NCBI RefSeq assembly: GCF_009914755.1
Contig: NC_060934.1
Source: the human T2T-CHM13v2.0 reference genome, Homo sapiens
Reading direction: 5' to 3' (one strand)
DNA: 64,000 nucleotides
The notes beneath the pieces were generated by a model. It did not search any database, had not been told where the DNA came from, and was given only the letters and a program-made list of their open reading frames with translations. Made by a program: the position numbers and the translations under genes. Positions within the stretch are counted from its first letter, which is position 1, and the number at the start of each line of letters is the position of its first letter. Of the stretch, positions 1 to 15,650 are shown one piece after another.

Positions 1-4
1 TTTT

Positions 5-127
5 TTATTTATCCGGCAAATATTTAGATAGCATTGACCATGGGCCAGGCATTGGTCCAGGTATCAAAGTCACGGCATGAGCAAAACAGCCAGAAAAGTC
101 TCTGCCCTTGTGGAGCTTATGTGCAGT
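5..127 (-). mobile_element. L2 (LINE-2) 3' end fragment
   Basis: Degenerate match to the reverse complement of the L2 3' terminus (caaatattta...gccaggcatt...aaaacag...tctgcccttgtggagctta). Confidence 0.65.
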
Positions 128-809
128 TAACTTTCTTTAAAAAGTTAATGATGCTAGTTACTATTATAATTTAACATTTTTACCCTTGATTGCAAAATAA
201 GTACGAGCTCATCAGAAACCAGAAACCAGGAAGACAAGATAAAGGAAGTTTCACTAATGAACTTGAACTTTAGAGTGAGACAAAGCATTAGCTTCACTAA
301 TTACAGCTCTCCTGCCAGGTCCCAGTATGGCCTTTCCTTTGTCTCTGCTATGTAGAGAGAGACGGGGAAGGAGAGGTGCCTGAGAAGCCATAGGCCGCGG
401 GTCAACCAGGCCTCAGGAACAGGAAAAAGAAGGAGCGAACACCAGATTTAGCATTTCCAGATATCTAGACAAAGAGAGAGATAATACTTACCAATAAATA
501 CACTTACTAATCTTGGGGAGTTTTAGAAGCATCAAAATAATTATTTAAGTATAAAAAAAAGGAGAAGCGTGTGTGGGAAGAAAGAGCAAGGAATGAACCT
601 CTTGATGCTTGAAAAACAGGTCCAACAGGGCTGAGTGGGGCTGAACATGAGACTGATTTACAGGAAAACTGCTAGCCTAGGCTAAAGAATGCTTCTGAAG
701 CGTGGTGGCGAAACTCATTTGAGTAAATGAAGTTCTGAGATCATGAGAAACACGGTTCTATTTAGAGGTCAGCAATTCTGCAGTGGCAATACCCAGCTGG
801 ACCGTGATC

Positions 810-905
810 AAGGCCAGCTCCACCACGGCCCAGCACTGGGAGCCAAGCGAGTCACTTACCTCCTCTTGGTTTCCTCATCTGCGAAATGGGCTCAATAACC
901 CTGAC
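810..905 (+). mobile_element. MIR fragment
   Basis: MIR core motif gagtcacttacctcc...tttcctcatctgcgaaatggg...ataa. Confidence 0.65.
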
Positions 906-1124
906 CCCATCTGGACCTGAGGCTGGACTCTCAGGTCCTTCTTAGAGGACATTCCCACAGCCTGCAATGCTGCTTCTCAGCTCACTGTGGAGTTCTCTGT
1001 GCACCAGACAACAGCAGCCCCTTTGTATGTGTGAGCGGGAGAGGATAAGTCAAACCTAGGTAGGCAGCAGTTATCAACAAGACTGCCATTTGGAGAAAGG
1101 TAGATCTACAAAGGCAGACGAAGC

Positions 1125-2430
1125 CAGGGATCTGCCCTATCAGATATCAAAACTTATTATAAAGGTGAGAAGAAAGGTAGGTCATTGCTACAGAAATAAA
1201 CAAAAACAGGCTAGTGGAAAAGAATAAGGAACCCAAAAAGAGACCCTCACATATATGGAAATGTGAAAAATAATGAGGTGAGACTATCTGTCAGTGGATA
1301 TACACAATAAACACAACATTTTACAAACTACAATAAATTACGCTGGGACAATTAGCTACCATTATTTTAAAAACCAAAATTAGACACCTTTTCCTTACCA
1401 TACCTACAAATCAACTCCAGATAATCTAAAACCTTAAACGCAAAAGGTAAAACTTTAAAACATTCTTTAAAGATAAAATAGTTAATATTTTCATGATCCT
1501 GAATAGGAAAGGATGTCTTTAGAATATTCCCAAAGACAAACACCATTAAATAAAAGTTTGATAATTTCAATCATTTTTACTGTAATAATTTCTGATCATC
1601 AAAAGATTCCATAAAGAGAGGAGGCAAGCCACAATTTAGAAAAAGATGTTTGTAACCCATATAACAGACAAAGGGTTATTATGGTTATTTAAAACTAATT
1701 TTAAAACCCCCCGTAAATTAATTTGAGAAAGAACAGCAACTCAATGGAAAAATAAGCAAAGACAAAATAGGCATTTCTCAATAGAATCATATTTTTCCCT
1801 AAGCAACTGAAAAGATATTCAACCTCATTAGTAAAGAGAGAAAGGCAAAATAAAATGACAATAAGAGACCATTCCGCATCTACCCAGATTGGCAAAAAAT
1901 CAGTGATATTAAATATTGGTGAGGACATCAGACAACAGGAGTTCCCATGTGTGATCAGCAAGCAGCAACTAATACGATCACTATGGAGAGTAACCTGGTC
2001 AACAGAAAGATGAAAATACCTAACATCTAGCAATTCTGCTCTTATTTACAATATTCCATCAAAATCTAATACTTCATTAAGATGTGCCATTTACAAATGT
2101 ATCATCAAGGAATAAAAAGCTGCTAATTATACTCTAAGATGTCATTAATTTTAATACATATTCTGGTTTCAGAGATATTGAAATGTAAAAAAATGGATCT
2201 TAAACTAAATGAAATGTAGTATCTACATTAAAAAACCTCTTGTACATTTGCACTGGGATATATAAGACTGTTTATTGCATCAGTTTTTAATGGTGTCAAA
2301 AAAAGCCCCTGAAAACAACAAAAATGTTCTTTGACAAGAGGATTTATAAATAAATTGTGAAATATTCAACTATCTATCAGTGAAAATGAATAAACTATAC
2401 GTATGCACATTAACATGGATGAGAAAAAGC
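1125..2430 (+). mobile_element. Ancient L1M (L1ME/MC-like) ORF2 3' part and 3'UTR
   Basis: A-rich strand with L1 landmarks (ctgccctatcagatatcaaaacttattataaag; accatacctacaaatcaactccagat; aaagatattcaacctcattagtaa). Confidence 0.75.
2047..2221. mobile_element. Probable TcMar-Tigger-type MITE inserted in L1M
   Basis: TA-flanked 175-bp segment with degenerate terminal inverted repeats (tacaatattccatcaaaatctaa / ttaaactaaatgaaatgtagta) and internal ttcagagatattgaaatgtaaaaaaatg. Subfamily not assigned. Confidence 0.45.
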
Positions 2431-3089
2431 AAACCAAAATAAGAATGGAAACAGAAAATAATCAATCAATAAAACAGAAAAGAAATGATAGAAAAACTTG
2501 ACAAAGTTAAAAGGCAGTTCTTAAAAAAAAAACAAATCAGTCAAGAAAAAAATTTAAAACACACAGAAATTTCTATTGTCAGGAATAAGAGAGACATCAC
2601 TGCAGAGACTACAGACATGAAAAGGATAATAAGAGAACATTATGAATAACTTTTATGTGAATAAATTCAACTTAGAAAAAAATATACAAATTGCTTGAAA
2701 AAAAATACCTTACCAAAATGATACAATATGAAACAGAAAGTATTAGGACCCCTATATCTATTAAAGAATTGACCCATTATCAAAAATCGTCCCATAAAGA
2801 ACATGCCAGATTCAGGTAGCCTCACTGGAGACAAGAAAATGAAAGGGATAGAATAAGATAGAATGAGAAGGAAGAAACCAAACCGAGCCCAGGCAGCCTG
2901 CAGGCACATGCGGGAAAGATGAATTCTATCAAACTTTTCAGGAAGAAAACATGCCAACCCTACAAAACATAAGAAAATAGAGGAGGCTAACAAAAGCCTA
3001 ACTGCAAAAGCTGATAAAGAGAAAAAAACAAAACAAAACAAAAAAAGCAAAAGAGAGAGGGAGAAAGAAAAAATGAAAATTACAGATCA

Positions 3090-3396
3090 GGCCAGGCGCG
3101 GTGGCTCACGCCTGTAATCCCAGCACTTTGGGAGGCCATGGCAGGTGGATCACTTGAGGCCAGGAGTTCAAGACCAGCCTGGCCAACATGGTGAAACCCT
3201 GTCTCTACTAAAAATACAAAAATTAGCCGGGTGTGGTGGCGGGTGCCTGTAATCCCAGCTACTCAGGAGGCTGAGGCAGGAGAATTGCTTCAACCTGGGT
3301 GGCAGAAGTTGCAGTGAGCTGAGATCACATCACTGCACTCCAGCCTGGCCAAAAGAGTGAGACTCCATCTGAAAAAAAAAAAAAAGAAAGAAAAAA
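3090..3396 (+). mobile_element. AluS (Sx/Sz-like), full length
   Basis: Dimeric Alu with A-tail; perfect 15-bp TSD gaaaattacagatca (3075-3089 / 3397-3411). Confidence 0.97.
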
Positions 3397-3433
3397 GAAA
3401 ATTACAGATCAAAGATCTCTCATGAACATAGAT

Positions 3434-3655
3434 CAACAGCTCTCAGCTGGGGTTGATTTTGCTGCCCAGGGGACATTTGGCAATGTCTGGAGACATTTTT
3501 GGTTGTCACCTTTGTGGGAGAATGCAACTGGCATTGGTGGGTAGACGCTAAAGCAATCAGGGGTGCTGCGAAACCCCTGAGGATGCACGGGACAGCCCCA
3601 TGACAAAGGATTGTTAGGCCCAAAGGGTCAACAGTTCTGAGGATGAGAAACCCTG
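3434..3655 (+). mobile_element. MER20 (hAT-Charlie MITE), full length
   Basis: ggggacatttggcaatgtctggagacatttttggttgtcac...gagaaaccctg; 8-bp TSD acatagat/acatagac splitting L1 ORF2 sequence. Confidence 0.92.
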
Positions 3656-4753
3656 ACATAGACACAAAAAGCCTTAACAAAAGATCAGAAATAAAATCCA
3701 ACAATGTATAAACAAGATATATTTATCCCAACCAAGTAGAGTTTATCCCAAGAATGATGCTGGAACAACTGGATATTCCACTGAAGAATAATATGCCTCA
3801 ACTCTTACCTCAAATGCTTCACAAAAATTAACTTGAAAAAAATCACAGACCTTGCTCTAACATTAAAACTATAAGGCTTTTAGAAGAAAATAGAGCAGGA
3901 TATCTTTGTAAACTGAGGAGGCAAAGTTTTCTTGCACCCAGAAAATAACAACTATAAAATAAAAAGAAGGTAAATTAGACTGCATTAAAGTTTAAAACTT
4001 CGATTCATAAGGAGAAACTGTTAAGAAAATAAAAAGGGAAGCCACAGACTGGGATAAAATATTTGCAAGCCATATTTCTGACAAAGGACAGATATCCAGG
4101 ATGTATAATGAACCCCTACAATTTAATAATAAAAAGACAACCAATCCAATATAAAATGGAGTTACCGAATATTTAACTACCCTAACTGGGTTGGAAATCA
4201 CACACATTTGGTTAGTTTCTGGGTAGCTGTGTGTAGCATATAAACTTAGGCAGTTGCCCCCCACATCCAGGGCAATGAACTCCCCGATCATATACAACTT
4301 AGCTCTGGAGCTAGCATGGACTTCCACCTTTTCCAGATATGCCTCCAACCTGCCAGGGCTAAGTCTGGTTTTCTTCCATCTCATTGCATCTCAGCCTGCC
4401 ATGTCCCTAACTTGACCTATGGCTCTATCTGTGGATGGTGGGTAACTTTGTGATGATCCTCTTGGGCGGTATCAAATGCTCAGTGTGTAAACTGTCTCCT
4501 CATTGTAAATGTGATCGTCTAAGAGGCCACAGAGTCTGGGGTCTGAGGCCCTGATTCCAGTGGCTGGCATCACAACTGCATCTTTCTCCCATTCCCTATC
4601 CTGTTTCTTGGTCCCAGAAACCTCAGAGAAGACAGCTCCCTCATGGTCTCTGAGCTTTGGCCAGTGGGTTTTACAGAGTTTAATCAAAGTGGCATCACTC
4701 TCAAATGAACCCCCGATAAGTAAGGTTTGGACTCATATAAAGAGTGAGCACAT

Positions 4754-5448
<695 letters not shown>

Positions 5449-5909
5449 TGCTATTGTATTATTAAGCCTCACATCAACCCAGTGGGACTTTCAACAGTAT
5501 ACTTGTGGGCTTCTCTCTTGGCTTCATAGATAATATGCTTGTGCTTAAATCTCTTCCCAGCCATGTCATACATATTTTAGCCCTGAAAAATTAAGATCAA
5601 GGTGATAGCATTCCTACGTTCCTTGAACACAGAAGTGAGACCAGTCCGTTTAAACTCAAGGAAATCTGTCTTATCATGTAAAAACCAGCTCAAATTGTTT
5701 CAGAACTTTTTGTCCCTGGACAAAACAAACCAGTCCTGTTTTCAGGGCACATTGTATTGTAGCAATTGGGTGATTGGGTGGTCATTCCCCTGGATGGACT
5801 CTAACCCTCTTGGGGACGGGAGCCCCCACATTTGAGTCCTCATTGCCTAATTCTGGACATGGGGAAATAACAAGGAGATATGAGCTCAGACAGTAAAGGA
5901 CCCAAGGCC

Positions 5910-6062
5910 AGGTTTGACTTCAGTCAAGTTAACCCCTCAGAGCCTGTGTCCTGCCTGCGAAATGAGAATACACATCACGCTCACTTTAGGGAATTGTTTA
6001 AGGCATCAAATGCTCTTAGCACAAGTGCCTGGCACATTGCAGAAGCTAACAAGTGGCAGCTG
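5910..6062 (+). mobile_element. MIR fragment
   Basis: caagttaacccctcagagcctg...aaatgagaata...tgctcttagcacaagtgcctggcacat. Confidence 0.65.
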
Positions 6063-7336
6063 CCAATAGGTATGAGAGCTAATTAAATGTTTGCTGAACT
6101 GGGCTGAATTACAAATGCTGGATCTTCGGGAGTGGACCCAATCCAGAGTGTTTGGGTGGCACCTTGCCACTGAGACCAGGAACCCCGTGCAAGCTGGAGC
6201 CGCATTAGACCAAAGCCTCCAAAATTACTGTACACATAGAGAAGAGGGAGGAGGAGATGTGAGGATCCATTATGAGAAGGAGGAATCTGCTCTTCCCTGT
6301 CCTCCTGTCCTCCCTTGGAACTGCCAGCCCTTCAGGCTGAGGATTTCATCTTGCCCCAATGAGATCAGCTTTCCTTGAGAACCCTCTGCATTGCACAGCC
6401 AGGGTGCAGAACCCACCTCCAACCATAACACTGCAGAGCTTACCTGCTTGTGCCAAACTCAGGTTTCTTGGCTGCTTGTACTCTGTGCTTCCAATGTGGG
6501 CCTCAGAACTCCTATGCTCTGTGTCCAAATGACTTCTCTGGCTTTGCCACTTAAGAATTTCTGGTCATCTCTTCTCTGCCATTTCTGTTTCTATGGTGTC
6601 AATGCCTGCCATTTTTCACAGTGCCTCTGCTCTTAGAGTTGTAAGTGGACATCTTTCTCTCCAATTCTCTTAGTCCTTAGGATCTGTCTGAAAGATATTT
6701 TTCCCGAAAGAGGCTCCTGCAGTGTTTGGGTGACCTGCTCTCTCCTTTTATGGGAGTATCATTGTTGTCATTGAGCAAGATCCAAAAAGCACATCCTCCA
6801 TTTCCATGATGTCTACAGAAAAAGCTCTCCCATATCCTTCTTCCACTTCCAAAGGAAGAGAAGATGATATCACCATTGGGTCCGGGCCACCTTCATTTTT
6901 CTACTCCGTATGTCAGAATTCTAGAAATGGACTCTGGGTTTGCGTGTTTCTTCTGCTTTCCCTACACCCTCAGCAAATTGAAGAAATGGGGAGCAAGCGG
7001 TGGCTTTGGAATCTCTTGTTTCCGCGTAGTGGGAAGATGGTGCTGCCTTTCAACAGACCTGCGAGCTCTGCACTCGCATTTGTTTCCCGTGATGGCCTCC
7101 ATGGAGGTCACACTCACTCCATTAGCACCCGCCTCCTGGCAGCAGTGGGCCACTTCCCACCTCACTCCTTCAGGAGCTGAGACCTAGGTGGTTTGCTCAG
7201 AGCATCTGAGACCACATTCATGAAAGAGCCACATATTATCACCCCAGGAAATTTTAAAACAGATCTTTGAATATATTGTGAGATTGTGAGAGAAGTATTC
7301 ACAATGTAAACCCCTGGTAGCAGGGATTCTGATAAA

Positions 7337-7407
7337 TATATATACATACACACACACATACATATATATACATATATGTGTGTGTATGTTTAGAGAGAGA
7401 GAGAGAT
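7337..7407. repeat. Compound microsatellite (TA)/(CA)/(TG)/(GA)
   Basis: Read directly. Confidence 0.85.
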
Positions 7408-7449
7408 TCACACAAAATTGTATTTTTTTTCATTTTTAAAAAATTTGTC

Positions 7450-7864
<415 letters not shown>

Positions 7865-8080
7865 AAAAATTTGTCTTAGATCTCCCCAGTGGAAATAAAC
7901 GTGGAGAAAAATGGCCGTTTCTTCCACAGGTGACAGCGAAGAGCTCTCCTCTGCCTTAGCCAGCCGAGCTTTTCCTTTCTGAACACCCTCATTAGAGAGC
8001 ACAGCATGGATAACAATGAGCCATAAAACCCCCTATGAAGCAGAGCTGCCCCTGCACTTCCAGCTCAGGCCCACGCTAGG

Positions 8081-8240
8081 AGTGCGCACTGGAATCCCTG
8101 CTCAGGGTTTCTCTTCTCCAAGAACCATCTGACGTCAGTGCAGAGAGTCCATCGTTACGGGGCAGGTGGAGCAGAATCTAGATGTGCACTGAAGTTTTTT
8201 TCCACTTGTGTGGAACAAAGGCTCAGCCCTTATAAAGGGC
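8081..8240 (+). promoter_or_regulatory. Candidate promoter/enhancer motif cluster (palindromic MRE-like site, full CRE, TATAAA)
   Basis: agtgcgcact 8081-8090, TGACGTCA 8130-8137 and TATAAAG 8231-8237 in non-repeat DNA. Motif presence only. Confidence 0.3.
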
Positions 8241-9996
8241 CATCAAAAGGGACGTGGCTAAGACAGTACACGCCCACCATCCGCAAGATTTGGGTCTCCC
8301 AGGGGTCCTCTGTGGCCACGGTGCACTGCATGGGAACAGTGGGCCTCCTTCGACAGGGACAATCAGCTCTGCCATTGGATGCAAGATGCCCGCCCAACCC
8401 CCTCCACACACACACGTGGATATGGGCTTTTGATACTACTTTGAACTTGGGGAAGAGCCCATTAGGATGGTGGTAGCAGGTCGCGGAGGAGGGTAAGGAA
8501 GCATCTCCCTGTCATGGTAAAACACAGATGACTCTCCCCACACTGCTGCCTCAGCAATTAGCTGGAGCTTGGCGCTGTCCAAGATTTCAGGAAACGGCAA
8601 GACTACTTTCCTTTCCTGACTACTGCGTACTATCTGCGTAAGGACCTCAGATGGATCATCCCAGGCCTCACGATTGCCTAGTTCCTTGGCGGAAAGATCC
8701 CCATTTTAAAGAAAGAGAAGCACAGGGTTGGAGCAGCTAAGCAACCAGCTAAGAGACAGGGAGTTCGACCCAGACTGCCTGACTCCAGACCCAAGCTGTC
8801 CCACCAAGCTACACTGGCATCAAGGAAAGGAAAGGTTTTAGCTTTGGTGCTCTCCACACCAAGACTGTCTTCCATGAACCAGTGAGGAAAGCTGCATTTG
8901 TGTTTCTACAGACAAAATTGTTCTTGAATTCATTTGGGGCCCTCGCAAGTCTGATAAAAATGTTTCCCATTCAAAGGCAGCCCTGAAAATCTCCCAGCCG
9001 GAGACCTGGCCACACAAGGAGGCTCAGGGCTGCTTGATCACGTGGACTTTGTGCTTCCCCTAAAACATGAAGCTTCTGAGGGCTGGATTGGGTAAGTCAA
9101 CCACCACCCTGCCAACTCTGTGGAACCTGCAATAGGAACACCTGAGATTAAACAAACACAGGAAAGTAAAAATAAAGAGGACTGTAAGTGGGTTTGGTGC
9201 TTATCTTCTTTTCCAACAAAAGATAACAGGTAATTGCTTTTTTATCACTAGCACTTGAAATTTGAAAGTAAAGGAGCCAGGCTTGATATCACACATAAAC
9301 TTTGCAGTCCACAGATCCTTAACTTCCCCTTCTCCTGCTAAGGCCCAGCAGTCAAATCACCCTGATGCCCTTACACGATTCAATAAGAAAAATAGCCCAG
9401 AAGCAACAAAGGAAATGGCTACCATGTCATTTCCAACAGGAGGGTTTATGTGACTGATGACACATATAAATTCCCCTTCCTTCTGCAAAAAGAAGCTTTA
9501 AATTATCCTCAGTTCTCTAAATGTAGCCTTTACCTAAAAAGAGATGTTTGAACAGGTGGAATGAGACAGTTTATGGCCTTCCTAGAAAATGAGAAAGCTA
9601 TTGCCTAGCAACCTAGCCCCCCAAAACTCCTGCTGGTTAACTTTATCTTCTGAAAACGGAACATCTTTAATAGACAGCTGCTGCCTGCAGCTACCAAAGT
9701 AAAGAGCTGCCCGGGGAGTCCTCTCTTTCCCGCTTGGGCCTTTGACCAATGCAAAAGCCTCGGGTCTGAGCTTCGAAGGTTGTTTTCCTCCAAGATTAGG
9801 ATCCTTGGATTTCTCACCACTTTTTAAGTTCTCTTATAGCTCAGCTTGACAGAAATATACTCTTTGCTGTCTAAAGAGTTCTCTGGATCCCAAGAAATTC
9901 TACAGCCCAGGAGAGATAGTGCTCTTTCATCTGAAGGTAATTCCCAGGTTTCAACTTACTATTGGAAATTTTTAACTGATAATATTTATTGAATGC

Positions 9997-10782
9997 TGTT
10001 ATGGGTTGAATTGCATCCCCTCAAAATTCCTCTGTTGAAATCCTAACCCCCAGTACCTCAGAATGTGATCTTATTTGAAAGAGGATTGTTGCAGGGGTAA
10101 TCAAGTTAAAATGAGGTCGTTAGAGTGGGCCCTAACCCAATGTGACTATTGTACAGAAAAGGGAACATTTAGAAACAGACATACAGTGGAAGAAAGCCAC
10201 GTAAAAATGAAGGCAAGGATTGGGGTGATTGTATTAGTTCTCACACTGCTAATAAAGATATATCTAAGACTGGGTAATTTACAAAGGAAAGAGGTTTAAT
10301 GGACTCCCAGTTCCACATGGCTGGGGAGGCCTCACAATCATGGTGGAAGGCAAAAAAGGAGAAAGGCACATCCACATGGCGGCAGGCAAGAGAGTGTGTT
10401 CAGGGGAACTCCCTTTTATAAAACCATCAGATCTTATGAGACTTACTAACTGTCATGAGAACAGCATGGGAAAGACCCACCTCATGATTCAATTACCTCC
10501 CACAACATGTAGGGATTACGGTAGCTACAATTCAAGATGAGATTTGGGTGGGGACACAGTCAAACCATATCAATGATGCTTTTGCCAGCCACCAAGGATT
10601 GTCATCGAACCACAGGAAACTAGGAGAGAGACATGGAACAGATTCTTCTGCATGGCCCTCAGAAGGGACCAACATCTTGATGTCAGACTCCTAACCTCCA
10701 GAACTGTGCATCAATAAATGCCTGTTGCTTAAGCTGCCAAGTGCATGGTGCTTTGCTACGGCAGTCCTATGAAACTAACACA
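9997..10782 (+). mobile_element. MLT1B/C MaLR solo LTR, split by a THE1 LTR
   Basis: TG...CA ends (tgttatgggttgaattg ... gaaactaacaca); internal aataaa and cctccagaactgtg. Confidence 0.88.
10230..10572 (-). mobile_element. THE1 (B/C-like) MaLR solo LTR
   Basis: tgtattagt...gagatttgggtggggacacagtcaaaccatatca; 5-bp TSD gtgat/atgat. Confidence 0.92.
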
Positions 10783-11003
10783 AAGGTTTACCACTTGCCA
10801 CGTGTTGTTAATAGGTGTATCCTTTCCCCTTCTCCTATAACTCCTCCAGCAAATCCATGTTTGATTAACCATATTTAACGCAGAGGGAATATGTGACTCA
10901 GAGGAGTGAGTAACTTGTTCGACATCCCACAGCTCCAAAGTGAAGGAACTAGAATTCAAACCCAAGTTGGATGCCTTGGAAGCCCATGCTTAACCCTGTA
11001 CCA
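10783..11003 (-). mobile_element. MIR (minus strand)
   Basis: cagagggaatatgtgactcagagg...taacttgttcgacatcccacagct...agaattcaaacccaag...agcccatgcttaacc. Confidence 0.6.
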
Positions 11004-12549
11004 TTCTACCTCTGCTTATTCTAGATATGGCTCCCATCACCTGATCATGAAGGGTTTCCTCCAAAAGTAGCTAAAAGCACAGCTAATTGCTAACCAGGCC
11101 AGGGAAACCCCAATGCCAAGGCACGATGAAATATTTAATATGTTGAAGTGAGGCATGCCAGCTGAGCTGGAGCCAGGAACTGGTCCTTGGCTGATGGGCA
11201 AGAGATTTCTGCTGCATAAAGCTGGGCCTGGAGCAAAATTAGCTTTGAAGTTGATTAAACATCCCCAGCTGCAGGGCCATGGGGAGAAAGAGCCTGGAGG
11301 CAGCCCCCACAGTCCCCACAGTCCCAGCTCAGAGCAAGACAGCAGGCAGGGACCTTTCCACCGCAGTGGCAGATCAGGAGACTTCAGAAGGAATTTTTCA
11401 CTTTTGGAATGCGCAGCAACCCATTTGAATTAGCGCCTTTAGCAGGAAAAGCAAATCGGCTGTGAGTGGAATCCATGCTAGGGTTCTGTTCCACAGCAGA
11501 GAGAGGCTAAAATTATTACAGACAGGTGAAGGTGAATTTATACTGCAAACAAGGTCACTGTGTTTATAAAACTAAACATATGGGGGGAGGATGTGTGTGA
11601 AAGGATTCTTGATTGTTAATGGGAGTCTCTGCAGTAGCGTTTTATGGCAGGAGTGAAGCTTTCATATCAAAGAAGCTACTGCCATGTACCATGCTAGTTA
11701 AAATGAGAGGCCATATGAATAAATGCATTTTAGTGATTCTTCTATTCACACAGACCTTCAGCCAAACTACTACAGAAATAAATTCGTTCCATAAATATAA
11801 TATGAATGAGATGACTAAGTTCTAAAACCTAGGGAAAAAAACTTTAATAAAGCAAAAGAAATATAATACTTATTTTGTGATTTCTATAAAATGGGCAAAC
11901 TTCTAAGGCTAATATATTTGGAAAAGTTTGTAAATTAACTTTTTCCAGCAAATAGTTATTAAATACGTTGCATGACTTGTGAATTTTTTAATTTCATATA
12001 AACAATGAAATTTCTTGTGATGAACCATGAAATGCTAAATAATAAAACTTTAGATGCTAGGAAGAGGCAAGCATTCCCAGGCTTACTAGGGGTGCTGCTA
12101 ACACAGAAAGATTGCAAAGAAAGAGGCACGAAGCTGGAATGGAAGATCACTATTTCAGGTGATATAATTATCTACCTGTAAATCCAAGGGTTTTAACTGA
12201 AAAGCAGTTAGAACTACTAGGAGTGTTGAATAGTTTAGCCAGAATCAAAGCAGCCTCCAAGAATAAATAACTTTCATAAAGAGCAGTAACAATCAATTAG
12301 AAAATATCAGGAGAAAAAATTAACAATGGCAACAAAATTATAAGACCTGCAGGAAGACATCTAACATCAAATATGCAAGACCTGTATCAAAAGTATCATA
12401 AAATTATAGTGGAGGAAATAAAAGGAGAACTTAATGAATGAGAAGACTTAACATCTTTCTAGATGAAAAAGTAAAAACTGTAAAGTCATACCTGCCCAAG
12501 TTAATTTATGAAATTCCAGATTTAATCAAAAACTTGACAATTAGATTTA

Positions 12550-12896
<347 letters not shown>

Positions 12897-13587
12897 GAAC
12901 CAAGATAGTTAGTGAGAACATACAATGAGAGAGGACTACTGCCATACTGCATATCGAAACCTACACTAAGGCAGTATTAAGTAAAACAGTGTGGTCTCAG
13001 CACAGGAAGAGATGGATAGATCCATGGAAGAAAACAGAGTGAGACATCCATGTATATTTGGGAATTTAGTTTATGAAAGGAATATTTTAAATCAAAAGGA
13101 ATATTTGCGTATAATATTCGTAATCTGTTTGGGGATAATGTTATAGTCCATATTTAAAGCCATACACCAAACTAAATTTAAAATGCATTTAAAGTATAAA
13201 TATAAAAAAGTGAAATTTTCAAAAATGATAGAAGGATGTTTTGATACTACTGGAAGTCTTACTAAAGAAGACAAAATATCTAGAAGCCGTGAAAGATGAA
13301 GAGCTGGACTATAACAAGTAATTTTTATATGACAAATGTATTACACACAAAAAATAAGATGCTTAACAGACTGGAAGAAAATACTAATATTCTGGCTATA
13401 AAAGTAACTCCTATGATTGTATTAGAAGAAAACACTTTAGAAAAGTGAGTAAATGATTTGAACATGGATGTTACTGGAAAATAAATACAATGGGATAATA
13501 TATACTAAAAAGATGCTAGAGCTCTTTAGCAATTGGATAAATAAAATTTTAAAAAACATTTAAAGAAAATAAATTAAAATAACAATG

Positions 13588-14872
<1,285 letters not shown>

Positions 14873-15489
14873 AAAGCAACAAGGAGATACTCTGTCTTTT
14901 CTTTAGCATGGCAAATACACACACACACCCCTATAAAAATCCAGCATCAGGGTGTGGGAAGGTGGGTTCTTCCCAAACTATTGGCTGAAATGTAGACTGG
15001 TAGAACATTTACGGGAGGAAAACTTGGCAGTATCTATTAAAATGTACAATGTACATACACACATCTTGTGATTCATCTATTTCACTTATAGGATTCAATG
15101 CCACATGTGCCTCAAGATATGTGTATATATGTATATATTCGGTTCACTGGTGTTTTGTTTAGTTACAAATGAAACAAATTTAAAAATTTTAAAAACTGCC
15201 AAATGTGTGTTGTTGATTTTGTTGAGAGCCTCAGAGAAGAAAGTAAACAATGAATTGGTCTCTAATTTCCCTTGAAAATTCCTTAAATCACCCATAAATT
15301 ACATATATGTGTTTCGTGTGAACTCCGTACAGCAATACAAATGTGTAAATATATTAATTTACAGTATAGTATATAGTTTCATAAAGTGGCGGTAATAAAA
15401 TGAAATCACTCAAGTGCTGTGCTGCTTAGACACAGTTCAACAAATTTGTAAATATTCAAGCCTGCTAGCTCTGCCTGCCTGTCAGTCAT

Positions 15490-15650
15490 CAACCGTCTGT
15501 GCACCTCTGTTCTTTCATCTGAAAAATGGGGATGAGAAACATTCCTGCCTCAAAAGGTTATCGAGAGGAGCAATGAAGTTAATTCAGATAAAGTGCTTAG
15601 CATTATGTCTGGCACATCTTAAGCACACAGTAAGTGTAGGATATTATTAG
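15490..15650 (+). mobile_element. MIR
   Basis: cctctgttctttcatctgaaaaatgggga...taaagtgcttagcattatgtctggcacat. Confidence 0.75.

Larger units (their letters stand above)
2431..4165 (+). mobile_element. Ancient L1M ORF2 fragments, interrupted by an AluS and MER20
   Basis: ORF2-like segments (gacatcactgcagagactacagacat...aggataataagagaacattatgaa; ctcatgaacataga...aaaagccttaacaaaa; aaatatttgcaagccatatttctgacaaagga). Confidence 0.75.

Noticed and set aside
6444-6687. Possible minus-strand exon ending at CAG|GTAAGC
   Set aside because: Poor polypyrimidine tract at the acceptor and no convincing reading frame.
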